Source: an uncultured Gammaproteobacteria bacterium (GTDB lineage Bacteria; Patescibacteriota; Microgenomatia; CAZETR01; Amesbacteraceae). From it: 64,000 bases of DNA. The stretch lies in NCBI GenBank assembly GCA_964518565.1, contig CAZFGX010000001.1, forward strand, positions 75,046 to 139,045, given 5' to 3'. Of the stretch, positions 10,113 to 20,282 are shown piece by piece. Numbering within the stretch: the first letter of the stretch is position 1; each line of letters starts with the position of its first letter. The position numbers were made by a program, and so were the translations under genes. The notes below the pieces were generated by a model. The model did no database searches. It was not told the origin of the DNA and saw only the letters and a program-made list of their open reading frames with translations.

Positions 10113-10215
10113 TTGTTAATCCTCCTACTAAATTCTGAACATGCTTGAGGGCATTATATACCCATATATCAGAAGACATAGCTACCAAGGCCAATTACTG
10201 ATATAATCAGCGTAT

Positions 10216-11322
10216 ATGGCCTCACGTAGTCAACCAGCTCGCACAGAATTTGCATCCGCATTGACCCAGCTCGCTCACGAGCGGGGATTGGATCCAGCCG
10301 TCGTTGTCGACACCATCAAACAAGCCATCGTTGCCGCCTTCAAAAAAGATCACCCTTCTATATATAGTGACCAAAATGTCTACGACGTAGATCTCAACTC
10401 TGCCAGTGGTGAAGCCCAAATTTTCGAAACCGAAGGTGTCCCTCAAGAACCCGTCGCCGAAGGTGAAATTGCTCCAGCTCCAGTAGCCAAGCCTGGTGCC
10501 AAACCTACAAATGTCACCCCTCCTGGTTTTGGCCGTATTGCCGCCCAGACCGCCAAACAAGTTATCCTACAAAAAATTCGCGAAGCCGAAAAATCAAACA
10601 TCGTTGCCGATTATGAAAAACGTCTCGGCCAACTCGTCAGTGGCATGATCATTCGTTTTGTTGGTGGCGAAACTATTATAGATCTGGGCAAAGCCGAAGC
10701 CGTTATGCCTCGCGAAGAACAAGTCTATAGTGAAAACTATCACCTCAATCAACGACTGACATTTTTAATCCACAGCATTCGTGACAGCGTCCGTGGTAAA
10801 GAAATCATTCTTTCTCGAGCCGATACTGGGTTGATTCGCGAACTCTTCCGCCGTGAAGTCCCTGAAGTAAACAGTGGTGCCGTCGAAATCCGCGCTATCG
10901 CTCGTGACGCTGGTTCACGCGCCAAGATCGCCGTCTATTCTCATCAATCTGGCGTCGACCCAGTCGGTTCTTGTGTGGGTCAAAAAGGTGTCCGCGTCCA
11001 AGCGGTCATCAGTGAACTCAATGGTGAAAAAATTGACATCATCCAATTCAGTGAAGACCCTGAAAAATTTGTCGCTGCAGCTCTGTCTCCTGCCACTGGT
11101 CTCACAGTAAAAATCAATACCAAAACCGAAATCGCTGAAGTCACCGCTCCTGCAGACCAGCTCTCTCTAGCCATTGGTCGCGAAGGCCAAAACGCCAAAC
11201 TCGCCGGCAAGCTGACTGGTTTCCACATCGATATCAAAAATGCTGCTGGTGATACACCAGCTGCTGCACCTACCTCCGAAGAGTCATCCACTCCTGATCA
11301 AACCAATCCGGCTGATCAATAA
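10216..11322 (+). CDS. nusA: Transcription factor NusA
   Basis: FGRIAAQTAKQVILQKIREAE, S1 and KH domains, SLAIGREGQNAKLAGKLTG. Confidence 0.97.
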   Translation: MASRSQPARTEFASALTQLAHERGLDPAVVVDTIKQAIVAAFKKDHPSIYSDQNVYDVDLNSASGEAQIFETEGVPQEPVAEGEIAPAPVAKPGAKPTNVTPPGFGRIAAQTAKQVILQKIREAEKSNIVADYEKRLGQLVSGMIIRFVGGETIIDLGKAEAVMPREEQVYSENYHLNQRLTFLIHSIRDSVRGKEIILSRADTGLIRELFRREVPEVNSGAVEIRAIARDAGSRAKIAVYSHQSGVDPVGSCVGQKGVRVQAVISELNGEKIDIIQFSEDPEKFVAAALSPATGLTVKINTKTEIAEVTAPADQLSLAIGREGQNAKLAGKLTGFHIDIKNAAGDTPAAAPTSEESSTPDQTNPADQ

Positions 11323-11350
11323 AGAGCGTTAGTGTTTCGGATTTTCACCT

Positions 11351-12754
11351 ATGCTTCAAAACCGTCCGCCTATCATTGTCATTTTAGGTCATGTCGATCA
11401 TGGCAAAACTACCCTCCTGGATTATTTACGCAAATCAAACGTTGCCGCTCGTGAAGCCGGTGGTATTACCCAACACATTCGTTCGTTCCAGCTAACAGCC
11501 AACCAGTCTCAGACTCCTATCACTTTTATTGATACTCCAGGCCACGAAGCCTTTGCCGCCATGCGTTCACGTGGTAGTCAAATAGCCGATATCGCTATTT
11601 TAGTGGTTGCTGCTACTGATGGTGTCATGCCTCAGACCAAACAATCCATTGAATTCATTCGTTCAGCCAATATCCCATTCATCGTCGCCTTAAATAAATC
11701 CGATGTCCCAACAGCCGATCCGATCAAAGTCAAAACCCAGTTGGCCGAAATCAATGTCTTGGTTGAGGATTTTGGTGGCAACGTACCTTGTGTGTCTATA
11801 TCAGCTAAAACGGGCCAAGGCATTCCTGATCTTTTAGAACTCATCAATCTTCTTTCTGAAATGACTCCACCCCAAGCTGATCCTACTGCCACGGTTGAAG
11901 CAGTAGTGCTTGAAAGTCGACTCGATCCAAACAAGGGTCCTCTAGCAGTTGTCATCGTCAAGTCTGGCACTATGTCAGTCGGCCAGCAAATATTCCAAGC
12001 TTCAGAAATTGGTAAAGTACGAGCATTGATTGACCCAAATGGTCAGCAAATAAAATCCGCCGTACCTAGTATGCCAGTAGAAGTAATTGGGTTATCTATC
12101 GTCCCTGCCGTTGGCAGTCTGCTCTCAAATCAAGTGCTTACCGAAAAGCGGCCTGTCAAATCTGCCAAGGTTCAATCTGATGTTCCAAGTGAGGTCAGTC
12201 TGATTCTCAAATGTGATGTTGCTGGTTCTCTAGAAGCTATTTTAGCTTCATTGCCTAAGGAGGTTGCTGTATTAAGCTCCGGCACAGGTGAAGTTACAGA
12301 AAATGACGTTGATCTAGCCAAAAATGCTCCAGCGACAATTTTTGCTTTCAACACCAAGGTTCCTGCCTCCATTACCAAACTAGCCGAAATCAACAAGGTC
12401 AAAATAAAATCTTTCAAAATCATTTATGAACTTTTAGATAGCGCAAAAAATCTCTTGGCGCCAAAATTAATCGAAACTGTGTTAGGCAGGGCGGTCATTG
12501 CTGCCGAATTTGAAATCAATGGCGAAAAAGTTGCTGGCTGTCGCTGTACCGAAGGAGTTCTCTCTCGTGGTGATGTGTTAAAAATTATGCGTCAGGACAA
12601 ACTTATCACTACCGTCAAATTCAAGTCTCTCCAGTCTGGTAAATTGCAGGTAGAAAAAGTCAAAAGCGGCACCGAATTTGGCGCCAGTTTCAATCCTTCT
12701 GTTGATTTCAAACTACAGGATAGTATAATCGCAGTGCGCTATGACGAATCTTGA
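11351..12754 (+). CDS. infB: Translation initiation factor IF-2 (minimal, no N-terminal domain)
   Basis: RPPIIVILGHVDHGKTTLLD, EAGGITQHI, DTPGHEAF. Only 467 aa. Confidence 0.95.
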   Translation: MLQNRPPIIVILGHVDHGKTTLLDYLRKSNVAAREAGGITQHIRSFQLTANQSQTPITFIDTPGHEAFAAMRSRGSQIADIAILVVAATDGVMPQTKQSIEFIRSANIPFIVALNKSDVPTADPIKVKTQLAEINVLVEDFGGNVPCVSISAKTGQGIPDLLELINLLSEMTPPQADPTATVEAVVLESRLDPNKGPLAVVIVKSGTMSVGQQIFQASEIGKVRALIDPNGQQIKSAVPSMPVEVIGLSIVPAVGSLLSNQVLTEKRPVKSAKVQSDVPSEVSLILKCDVAGSLEAILASLPKEVAVLSSGTGEVTENDVDLAKNAPATIFAFNTKVPASITKLAEINKVKIKSFKIIYELLDSAKNLLAPKLIETVLGRAVIAAEFEINGEKVAGCRCTEGVLSRGDVLKIMRQDKLITTVKFKSLQSGKLQVEKVKSGTEFGASFNPSVDFKLQDSIIAVRYDES

Positions 12755-13655
12755 TATAAGTCATATTAAACCTCTTCTTGAATCAGCTAAGTCCGTTTCC
12801 ATCCTTCTGACCAAAAATCCTTCCTATGACGCAGTTGCCGCAGGTCTTGCATGTAAGTTAGCCCTGGACAATGCCGGCAAAATTACCCAAATCGCCTGCG
12901 AAACCCCCATGACTGTGGAGTTCAATCGACTCATTGGTGTAGATACCATCGACACCTCAGTGGGCAGTCGAAATTTGGTCATCTCGTTCCATGACCAGAC
13001 CGAATTTGTAGACAAGGTTAGTTACAATATCGACGAAGGCGAATTGCGTTTACTCATCACTCCTAAGTCTACTGCCCCAGATCTCGATCATCGTCGTCTA
13101 CGTTTTATCCCAGGCCGTAGTATTAGCGATCTGATCATCGTGATTGACGCCGACAGACTAGATCATCTGGGTCAAATCTATATCGGTGCCAAAGATGCCA
13201 TTTCCAAAGCCAAAATTATTTCCATCAACCATCGTCCTCCTGCCGATAGCTACACAACTCACCAAGTCTACGACCCACAATCTTCATCCTTATCCGAAAT
13301 CATGGCCAAATGTATCCAATCGCTAAATCTAAATCTGCATGCCGATGTCGCTACCAATTTGTTGGCAGGGTTGCAAAATCATACTCAAAATTTCCAAGCC
13401 CAGACCGTTTCCTCAGAGACATTTGAAGTCGCCGCTTTACTTCTCAAACGTGGTGCCAGTCGTCACAGTCCATTGTCAGCATCAGACTTTCCTGCCGGCT
13501 CAATCCCCAAGCAGCCTCTTCAGTCTACTCAACCTACCAACACCCCGACGCCTTCCGCAAATATCGGCTACGGCACCGATAGTAACGACCCGACCATCGA
13601 TACCCCAGCCGACTGGTACGAACCCAAAATCTATCGCGGCCCAATGCTACAATAA
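12741..13655 (+). CDS. Degenerate DHH-family (NrnA-like) phosphoesterase homologue
   Basis: DHH-like layout (NPSYDA, IVIDA, SINHR, SSLSE, ATNLLAGL) but the DHH triad is not intact. Confidence 0.6.
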   Translation: MTNLDISHIKPLLESAKSVSILLTKNPSYDAVAAGLACKLALDNAGKITQIACETPMTVEFNRLIGVDTIDTSVGSRNLVISFHDQTEFVDKVSYNIDEGELRLLITPKSTAPDLDHRRLRFIPGRSISDLIIVIDADRLDHLGQIYIGAKDAISKAKIISINHRPPADSYTTHQVYDPQSSSLSEIMAKCIQSLNLNLHADVATNLLAGLQNHTQNFQAQTVSSETFEVAALLLKRGASRHSPLSASDFPAGSIPKQPLQSTQPTNTPTPSANIGYGTDSNDPTIDTPADWYEPKIYRGPMLQ

Positions 13656-13663
13656 ATATATCT

Positions 13664-13879
13664 ATGCGTTTGGCTCTCACATTTTTTCTCATTACTGCCG
13701 CCGTCTTTGGTCTCGTCAAGCTGATCCAGTATGTGACAAATACCACAGGCCGCAGTTGTGGTGGCTTGATAGGTGAGACTGGCGCGGCCAAATGTCCAGC
13801 TGGTTTTCGTTGTGATTATTCTCGAGTTAACTCTGGTAGTGGAGACGCTCCAGGGATTTGCACACTAGGTGTGCTATAA
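13664..13879 (+). CDS. Small membrane-anchored four-Cys protein
   Basis: N-terminal TM helix, then CGG...CPAGFRC...DAPGIC. Confidence 0.6.
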   Translation: MRLALTFFLITAAVFGLVKLIQYVTNTTGRSCGGLIGETGAAKCPAGFRCDYSRVNSGSGDAPGICTLGVL

Positions 13880-13974
13880 TACGACCACTAACCGCAGAGA
13901 ACTAACTAAGACCAGTTCTGAAGAAGTACTCGTCTTTGTCGAATCTCTGAATTTTTTAATGACTAAAAAAATCT
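13872..13974 (+). promoter_or_regulatory. Extended -10 promoter and structured rpsO leader
   Basis: TGCTATAAT at 13872-13880, then about 90 nt with complementary segments CAGAGA/TCTCTG, AGAACT/AGTTCT and ATTTTTTA/TAAAAAAAT. Confidence 0.5.
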
Positions 13975-14244
13975 ATGGCTCTCAAAGTTGATCACAAAAA
14001 AACAATTATTTCCGAGTTTGCTACCAACAAAACCGATACTGGATCTCCGGAAGTCCAAATCGCTCTGTTGACGGAAAAAATTACCAAACTGACCGAACAC
14101 TTAAAAGAACACAAAAAAGACAACCATTCTCGTCGCGGCCTCATTAGTATGCTCAGTAAACGCCGCCGCTTGTTGTCATATTTGCAAAAGAAAAACGTCA
14201 AACGTTATAATGAACTCACGAAAAAAGTAAATCTCTCCAAGTAA
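13975..14244 (+). CDS. rpsO: 30S ribosomal protein S15
   Basis: [13 protein letters not shown]...[11 protein letters not shown]. Confidence 0.98.
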   Translation: MALKVDHKKTIISEFATNKTDTGSPEVQIALLTEKITKLTEHLKEHKKDNHSRRGLISMLSKRRRLLSYLQKKNVKRYNELTKKVNLSK

Positions 14245-14259
14245 GAAAGAAAGAAGCAG

Positions 14260-16473
14260 ATGTCGAAAAATAATCGTGTAACAAAATCCTCAGAAATTGC
14301 CGGACGAACGCTCAGTTTTGAAGTCGGGCATTTTGCCCCTCGAGCAACGAGTTCCGTTTTGGCCAAATATGGTGACACTTCAGTTCTCGCCACGGTAGTT
14401 GTAGGCAACGAAGATCCCAAAAAGGATTACTTCCCATTATCTGTTGAATATCAAGAACGTCTCTATGCTGGTGGTCGTATCAAAGGTTCCCGTTGGGTCA
14501 AACGCGAAGGCAAGGGGACAGACGCCGAAGTTCTCTCTGGCCGCCTAACGGACCGATCTATCCGACCACTCTTTCCATCTGAATTCAAAAATGAAGTCCA
14601 AGTTGTCCTAACTGTTCTTTCGGTCGATAACGAAAACGATCCAGATATCCTAGCACTCAACGCGGCCTCAGCCGCAATCGCTATTTCTTCAGCTCCTTGG
14701 AATGGCCCTGTGGCTGCCACTCGAGTTGGTCTAGACGATCAAACTATTGTGATCAATCCAAAAAATGGCAAAAATCTCCAAAATCAATTAGATTTAGTCG
14801 TTGCTAGTTCTGAATCTTTGATTACCATGATCGAAGCTGGTGCCAAACAAGTTCCCGAAGACACCATGTCTTCAGCCTTAACCAACGGTTTCAATGCCAA
14901 CAAACAAATTATCGACTTGATCAACGAATTAGTTTCCGAAGTCGGTCACCAAAAAATCACCGTCGCCAAAAAAGACTACGACGCAAAACTACTCAAAAAA
15001 GTCCAGTCTGATGCCAAAAGTATCATCGACCAAGCCTTTGCCGACGCAGCTGACAAATCAGTCATTGACCGTGAACATGTCTACGAACAAGCCAAGTCTA
15101 CCTTAGCCGCTACCTACGAACCCGCTGAACAATCAGCAGCCAAAGACATTATCGACCAAATGTTTACTTCTACGTTCCGTGATCGAATTTTAGACAAAAA
15201 TATCCGTGCCGATGGTCGAAAACTGGATCAGATTCGTCCTCTTACTATCGAAGTGGATGTAATTCCTCGAGTTCACGGTTCGGCTGTCTTCCAACGTGGT
15301 GAAACTCAAGCCCTTACCATTACGACTCTTGGCGCCCCGTCTCTCTATCAATCTTTAGAATCAGCTGAAGGCGAAGACCAAAAACGCTACATGCATCATT
15401 ACAATTTCCCCCCCTTTAGTACTGGTGAAACCGGCCGTATGGGTGGTCCAGGTCGTCGAGAAGTCGGTCATGGTGCTTTGGCTGAAAGAGCTCTCCAACC
15501 AGTTATTCCTGCCGAAACCAATTTCCCCTATGCCATCCGCGTCGTTTCAGAAATCTTAAGTTCATACGGCTCTAGTTCTATGGCTAGTACTTGTGGTTCT
15601 ACACTTTCCCTGATGTCAGCAGGAGTCCCATTAGTTGCTCCTGTTGCTGGCATTTCCACTGGGCTTATCACCTCTGCTGACTATCCTAAAAAAACCGACA
15701 AATATTGTTTGCTTACCGATATCAACGGCGGAGAAGATCATTATGGCGATATGGATTTCAAAGTTGCTGGCACCGAAAAAGGCATTACTGCCATCCAGCT
15801 AGATGTCAAAGTCCCTGGTCTGACCCTAGAAATTTGTGAACAAACACTCAAAACCGCTCGAGTTGCTCGTATGGAAATTCTCCAAAAAATGCTAGCCGTC
15901 ATTAAAGAGCCTCGAGCCAGTATTTCTCAATATGCCCCTCAAATCAAAACTCTGACTATTCCTGTAGACAAAATCGGCGAACTCATTGGGCCTGGTGGCA
16001 AAAATATCAAAAAACTCATGGCCGACACTGAATCCATGGTGGATGTCCGCGACGACGGCTCGGTATTTATCACAGGCGTCAGTGCCGAAGGTGTAGCCAA
16101 GGCCATGACGTATATCGAAGGCTTAGGCAAAGAAGTCATGCCTGGTGAAATCTATGAAGGAACTGTCGTCAAGCTTCAACCATTTGGTGCCTTTGTAAAC
16201 ATTTTGCCTGGAAAAGACGGATTGGTTCACGTATCCCAAATGGCTCAGGGCTTTGTCTCCAGTCCCGAACAAATCGTCCAAGAAGGTCAGACAGTTCGAG
16301 TCTGGGTAGTCGAAATAGATAGTCAAGGCAGACTGAGTCTGAGTATGTTGTTTGACGAAGCCGGCCAACCTATACAAAAAGCTCGTGAATCTCAACCTCG
16401 TTCCGAAGGTCCTCGGTCAAATGATCGTGGTGGTCACTTCTCTGGGCCTCGTCCACGCCGCGATCGTCGATAG
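14260..16473 (+). CDS. pnp: Polyribonucleotide nucleotidyltransferase
   Basis: Two RNase PH domains (RLTDRSIRPLFP, RREVGHG, GDMDFKVAG) plus KH and S1. Follows rpsO. Confidence 0.97.
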   Translation: MSKNNRVTKSSEIAGRTLSFEVGHFAPRATSSVLAKYGDTSVLATVVVGNEDPKKDYFPLSVEYQERLYAGGRIKGSRWVKREGKGTDAEVLSGRLTDRSIRPLFPSEFKNEVQVVLTVLSVDNENDPDILALNAASAAIAISSAPWNGPVAATRVGLDDQTIVINPKNGKNLQNQLDLVVASSESLITMIEAGAKQVPEDTMSSALTNGFNANKQIIDLINELVSEVGHQKITVAKKDYDAKLLKKVQSDAKSIIDQAFADAADKSVIDREHVYEQAKSTLAATYEPAEQSAAKDIIDQMFTSTFRDRILDKNIRADGRKLDQIRPLTIEVDVIPRVHGSAVFQRGETQALTITTLGAPSLYQSLESAEGEDQKRYMHHYNFPPFSTGETGRMGGPGRREVGHGALAERALQPVIPAETNFPYAIRVVSEILSSYGSSSMASTCGSTLSLMSAGVPLVAPVAGISTGLITSADYPKKTDKYCLLTDINGGEDHYGDMDFKVAGTEKGITAIQLDVKVPGLTLEICEQTLKTARVARMEILQKMLAVIKEPRASISQYAPQIKTLTIPVDKIGELIGPGGKNIKKLMADTESMVDVRDDGSVFITGVSAEGVAKAMTYIEGLGKEVMPGEIYEGTVVKLQPFGAFVNILPGKDGLVHVSQMAQGFVSSPEQIVQEGQTVRVWVVEIDSQGRLSLSMLFDEAGQPIQKARESQPRSEGPRSNDRGGHFSGPRPRRDRR

Positions 16474-16488
16474 TGTAAACTTGTAGTA

Positions 16489-17532
16489 ATGGATGACCAA
16501 CTTCCGCAAGAAATAAAAAAATTACAGGATCAACTCGCCACTGTAAACATCCCCGATGACCTGCGTACCAAAACCTCAGACATGCTCGCTCGCCTCAGTC
16601 GCCAAATTCAGCACGGCACCTACACGAGTGAATATGAACAAATCCAAGATTACATTAATTGGATTACTAATCTCCCTTGGAAAACCTCTACTCAAGATGC
16701 GTTAGATCTAAAACACGCCAAAGAAATTTTAGACTCCCATCATTATGGACTAGAAGATCTCAAAGAACGTATCTTGGAGTATTTGGCCATCTTAATTATG
16801 AATCAAAAAAATCACGGTGTGTATCGAGCTCCAATCTTACTCTTTGTTGGCTTGGTGGGTACCGGAAAAACCACCATGGCAGCAAGTTTGGCCGAAGCCT
16901 TAGGCAGAAAATTCGTCCGCATCCCATTTGGAGGTATGAGCTCAGCCTTAGATTTGCGCGGCCAATCGCGCATTCATCCAGAATCTGAGCCCGGTCAAAT
17001 CATCAAAGCTCTGCGTCGAGCAGGTGCCAATAACCCCGTCATCCTTTTGGATGAAATTGACCGCATTGCCCCAGCAGCCCAAGGAGAAATTATGGGTGTA
17101 TTGGTCGAATTACTCGACCCACAGCAAAACAATAGTTTTGTCGATCATTATCTAGATTATCCGTTTGATTTATCTCAGGCCATCTTTATTGGGACAGCCA
17201 ATCACACTGCCAATATCAGCGTCGCCGTTATGGATCGCTTAGAGCCAATCACCATGCCCAGTTATACCGACGTTGAAAAAACTCAAATCGCCCAAAAATA
17301 TGTCTTCCCTTCAGAGATTAAAAAAGCCGGCATGCCTCCAGAAACCATCACAATCGATGACTCTGTTTGGCCCAAACTGGTTCGTCCACTTGGTTTTGAT
17401 GCTGGTATTCGTACCCTTGAGCGCACTATTCAAGGCATGGTGCGAAAAATTGCCAAAATGGTCGTCGAAGGCAAGGGGAATACATTCCATATCACAGACG
17501 AAAATATCAAACAATTCTTGCCAACGTACTAA
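16489..17532 (+). CDS. Lon-type AAA+ ATPase lacking the Lon N-domain and the protease domain
   Basis: HYGLEDLKERILEYLA, Walker A GLVGTGKT, Walker B ILLDEID, LLDPQQN, AGIRTLER. It stops where the Lon peptidase domain would begin. Confidence 0.85.
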   Translation: MDDQLPQEIKKLQDQLATVNIPDDLRTKTSDMLARLSRQIQHGTYTSEYEQIQDYINWITNLPWKTSTQDALDLKHAKEILDSHHYGLEDLKERILEYLAILIMNQKNHGVYRAPILLFVGLVGTGKTTMAASLAEALGRKFVRIPFGGMSSALDLRGQSRIHPESEPGQIIKALRRAGANNPVILLDEIDRIAPAAQGEIMGVLVELLDPQQNNSFVDHYLDYPFDLSQAIFIGTANHTANISVAVMDRLEPITMPSYTDVEKTQIAQKYVFPSEIKKAGMPPETITIDDSVWPKLVRPLGFDAGIRTLERTIQGMVRKIAKMVVEGKGNTFHITDENIKQFLPTY

Positions 17533-18035
17533 TGAAAATTGCCGTAATCTCTGATATTCACGATCATCTAAAAGAACTCGACAAAGCGCTTCAGGTAATC
17601 AAACAGCAACAATGTGAATCTATGATATTTTGTGGCGATTTATGTTCTCCGTTTGTCGTGCCTCTGCTCTTGAGCGCCTCTCTACCAATCCATGGATGTT
17701 TTGGAAACAACGATGAAGATCAAGGCATGATCATCGAAAATTCCAAAAATAATATCAATTGGTGGCCCTTGGCCAAAGAATATGCTGAAGTAGAAAACGA
17801 CCACCAAAAAATTGCCTTTTGCCATTACCCAAAACTGGCAAAATTTTTAGCCAGCACAGAGCAATATGCTGCCGTGTTTCATGGTCACACACACGCGGCA
17901 TACCAAGAAAAAATCGGCAGCACTCTCCTGGCCAATCCTGGAGCTATCTGCGGCATCCAATCTGGTCGTCCTGGCCAAGCCTCGTTTGGCATATACGACA
18001 CAAACACCAACAAATTCACGCATATCTCAATATGA
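17532..18035 (+). CDS. YfcE/MJ0936-family metallophosphoesterase
   Basis: SDIHD, CGD, GNND, HGHTH, NPG. Confidence 0.9.
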   Translation: MKIAVISDIHDHLKELDKALQVIKQQQCESMIFCGDLCSPFVVPLLLSASLPIHGCFGNNDEDQGMIIENSKNNINWWPLAKEYAEVENDHQKIAFCHYPKLAKFLASTEQYAAVFHGHTHAAYQEKIGSTLLANPGAICGIQSGRPGQASFGIYDTNTNKFTHISI

Positions 18036-18607
18036 CCACGTCCGAAAAAATACTCGAACTAGACAAAATTGCTGCCCAAATAACTGCGTTCAAAGATTTG
18101 GAAATTGCTCGCCAAGCTACCCATGCCGTTCCTGGTGAAGGTGATCCAAATGCCAAGATTCTTTTTATTGGAGAGGCGCCCGGATTTAACGAAGATCGCA
18201 CCGGCAGACCATTCGTCGGCCAAGCTGGAAAACTATTAGAAACCACCCTAAAACAAACACTCCATCTTGAGCGTCAACAAGTGTTTATTACGAACATTGT
18301 GAAATTTCGTCCTCCGGACAATCGTGATCCCTCTCCAGAAGAAATTGCCGTTTGTCAGTCTTGGCTGGATCAACAAATCCAAATTATTGACCCAAAAATC
18401 ATCGTTACATTAGGCAGATATAGTATGGCCAAATTTTTTACCGGAGTGCTGATTTCACGCATTCATGGACAACCAAAACAAATGGATAGTCGCTGGATTT
18501 TTCCTATGTATCATCCTGCTGCCGCCTTAAGAGCGCCCGAGGTGTTAAAATTGTTCCAACTAGATTTTGTTAAACTCAATCAGTTTATCCTAGATCAAAA
18601 AATATGA
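18032..18607 (+). CDS. Uracil-DNA glycosylase, family 4
   Basis: GEAPG, PFVGQAG, RPPDNRDP, YHPAAAL. Start at ATG 18032 overlaps the upstream stop (ATGA). Confidence 0.92.
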   Translation: MTTSEKILELDKIAAQITAFKDLEIARQATHAVPGEGDPNAKILFIGEAPGFNEDRTGRPFVGQAGKLLETTLKQTLHLERQQVFITNIVKFRPPDNRDPSPEEIAVCQSWLDQQIQIIDPKIIVTLGRYSMAKFFTGVLISRIHGQPKQMDSRWIFPMYHPAAALRAPEVLKLFQLDFVKLNQFILDQKI

Positions 18608-20265
18608 AACCCGATAGTGTCAAACTCGTCTCCCTTGGTGGATTTGGTCGAGTTACCTCAAATATGTTCTGCTATGAATATGGCAATGACATTCTTTTAG
18701 TAGATTGTGGCATGGGTTTTCCAACTGAAGAAATGTTAGGCGTAGATATTTTAATACCCGATATTTCATATATCCGTCAGCGCTTAAATCAAATCCGTGG
18801 CCTAGTGCTTACCCATGGACATGAAGATCACGTAGGCGCTCTGGCCTATATTTTGCCCCAACTCGGAGATATTCCGGTGTACGCGAGCCAACTCACAGCC
18901 AGTTTGGTCATGGAAAAACTAGTCGAGTATGAAAACATGCCGAAAAAAATCACTGTGTTAGATATGGGTAAACCAATTCAATTGGGTAAATTTACTGTTG
19001 AATCTGTTCGTATCTCACACTCAATTCCCGACGCAACCAATTTAATTATTAAAACGCCAGTTGGCACTATTTATCACGGCAGCGATTTTAAATTTGATTT
19101 TACCCCTATCGACGGCAAACAGCCGGACATTGGGCGAATCGCCGCCGCTGGCAATGAAGGTATCCAGTTACTTTTATCTGACTGTTTAGGCAGTGAACGC
19201 CGTGGATATACACCTTCTGAAAAAATTCTTAATGAAGTTCTTGAGCGCGAAATTGGCTCGTGTGAAGGTAAATGTTTGGTTACCACAATGAGCAGTAACA
19301 TTAGTCGTTGGCGCCAAGCAGCGGAAGTGGCTATTCGCCATGGCCGAAAAATTGCTATCTCAGGAAAATCTATCGAACGAAATATCCAAGTCGCTAGCCA
19401 GCTAGGCTATGTAAATCTTCCCAAAGGTATGTTTATTGATCTAAAAGATGCCAAAAAACTCGACGATAAAAATGTTTGTATCCTTATCGCCGGCAGTCAA
19501 GCTCAGGCAGGTTCAGCCTTAGTCAGAGTGGGAGACCAAGAGCATGCAGATATTAGTGTCGGACCAGGGGACAAAGTGATCTTTTCTTCAGATCCTATAC
19601 CAGGTAGTGAGACAGCAGTTCAATCTCTTATCGATTCACTAGCGCGGCTCGGTGCTGTAGTTGCCTATTCTGGCCCCAACGATAGTTTGCATGTGACCGG
19701 TCACGGCAGTCAGCAAGATTTACTTTTAATGATGAGCCTGACTCGACCAAAGTTTTTGCTCCCAATTGGCGGTACATATCGTCACATGATCCAATACCGT
19801 CGACTTGCTCAATCTATGGGCTATGCTCCAGAACAAGTATTACTTCCCAACACCAATCAAATTATCGAGATAGACAAAGATGGGGTCCGTCTCGGAGCGG
19901 CGATTGAAATCAAAAATGTCATGGTCGATGGTCTAGGTGTCGGCGACGTCGGCAGTGTCGTCTTGCGTGATCGCCAGCGCTTGGCCGAAGAGGGAATTGC
20001 TGTCATCGTTGTGGAGATCGATCAAAACGATCCATCAAAAGTTGAAAGTCTAGAAATTGTCAGTCGCGGCTTTGTTTTTGATAAGGAAAACACTGAATTA
20101 CTTAACAAAGCCAGCCAAGTTGTTCGCAAGCAGCTCGCCTCTCGTAAGGGAAAAATCGAAACCGAACGTCAAGTTCGTCAAATTATTATTGACAGTCTCA
20201 ACCCGTTCTTCTTTGAAGCCACCCGCCGCCGCCCCATGATTCTGCCTGTTGTGGTTGAAGTATAA
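18604..20265 (+). CDS. rnj: Ribonuclease J
   Basis: THGHEDHVG metallo-beta-lactamase motif, HSIPD, HVTGH, C-terminal RRPMILPVVVEV. Confidence 0.95.
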   Translation: MKPDSVKLVSLGGFGRVTSNMFCYEYGNDILLVDCGMGFPTEEMLGVDILIPDISYIRQRLNQIRGLVLTHGHEDHVGALAYILPQLGDIPVYASQLTASLVMEKLVEYENMPKKITVLDMGKPIQLGKFTVESVRISHSIPDATNLIIKTPVGTIYHGSDFKFDFTPIDGKQPDIGRIAAAGNEGIQLLLSDCLGSERRGYTPSEKILNEVLEREIGSCEGKCLVTTMSSNISRWRQAAEVAIRHGRKIAISGKSIERNIQVASQLGYVNLPKGMFIDLKDAKKLDDKNVCILIAGSQAQAGSALVRVGDQEHADISVGPGDKVIFSSDPIPGSETAVQSLIDSLARLGAVVAYSGPNDSLHVTGHGSQQDLLLMMSLTRPKFLLPIGGTYRHMIQYRRLAQSMGYAPEQVLLPNTNQIIEIDKDGVRLGAAIEIKNVMVDGLGVGDVGSVVLRDRQRLAEEGIAVIVVEIDQNDPSKVESLEIVSRGFVFDKENTELLNKASQVVRKQLASRKGKIETERQVRQIIIDSLNPFFFEATRRRPMILPVVVEV

Positions 20266-20282
20266 TAAACATAAACCTGCCT

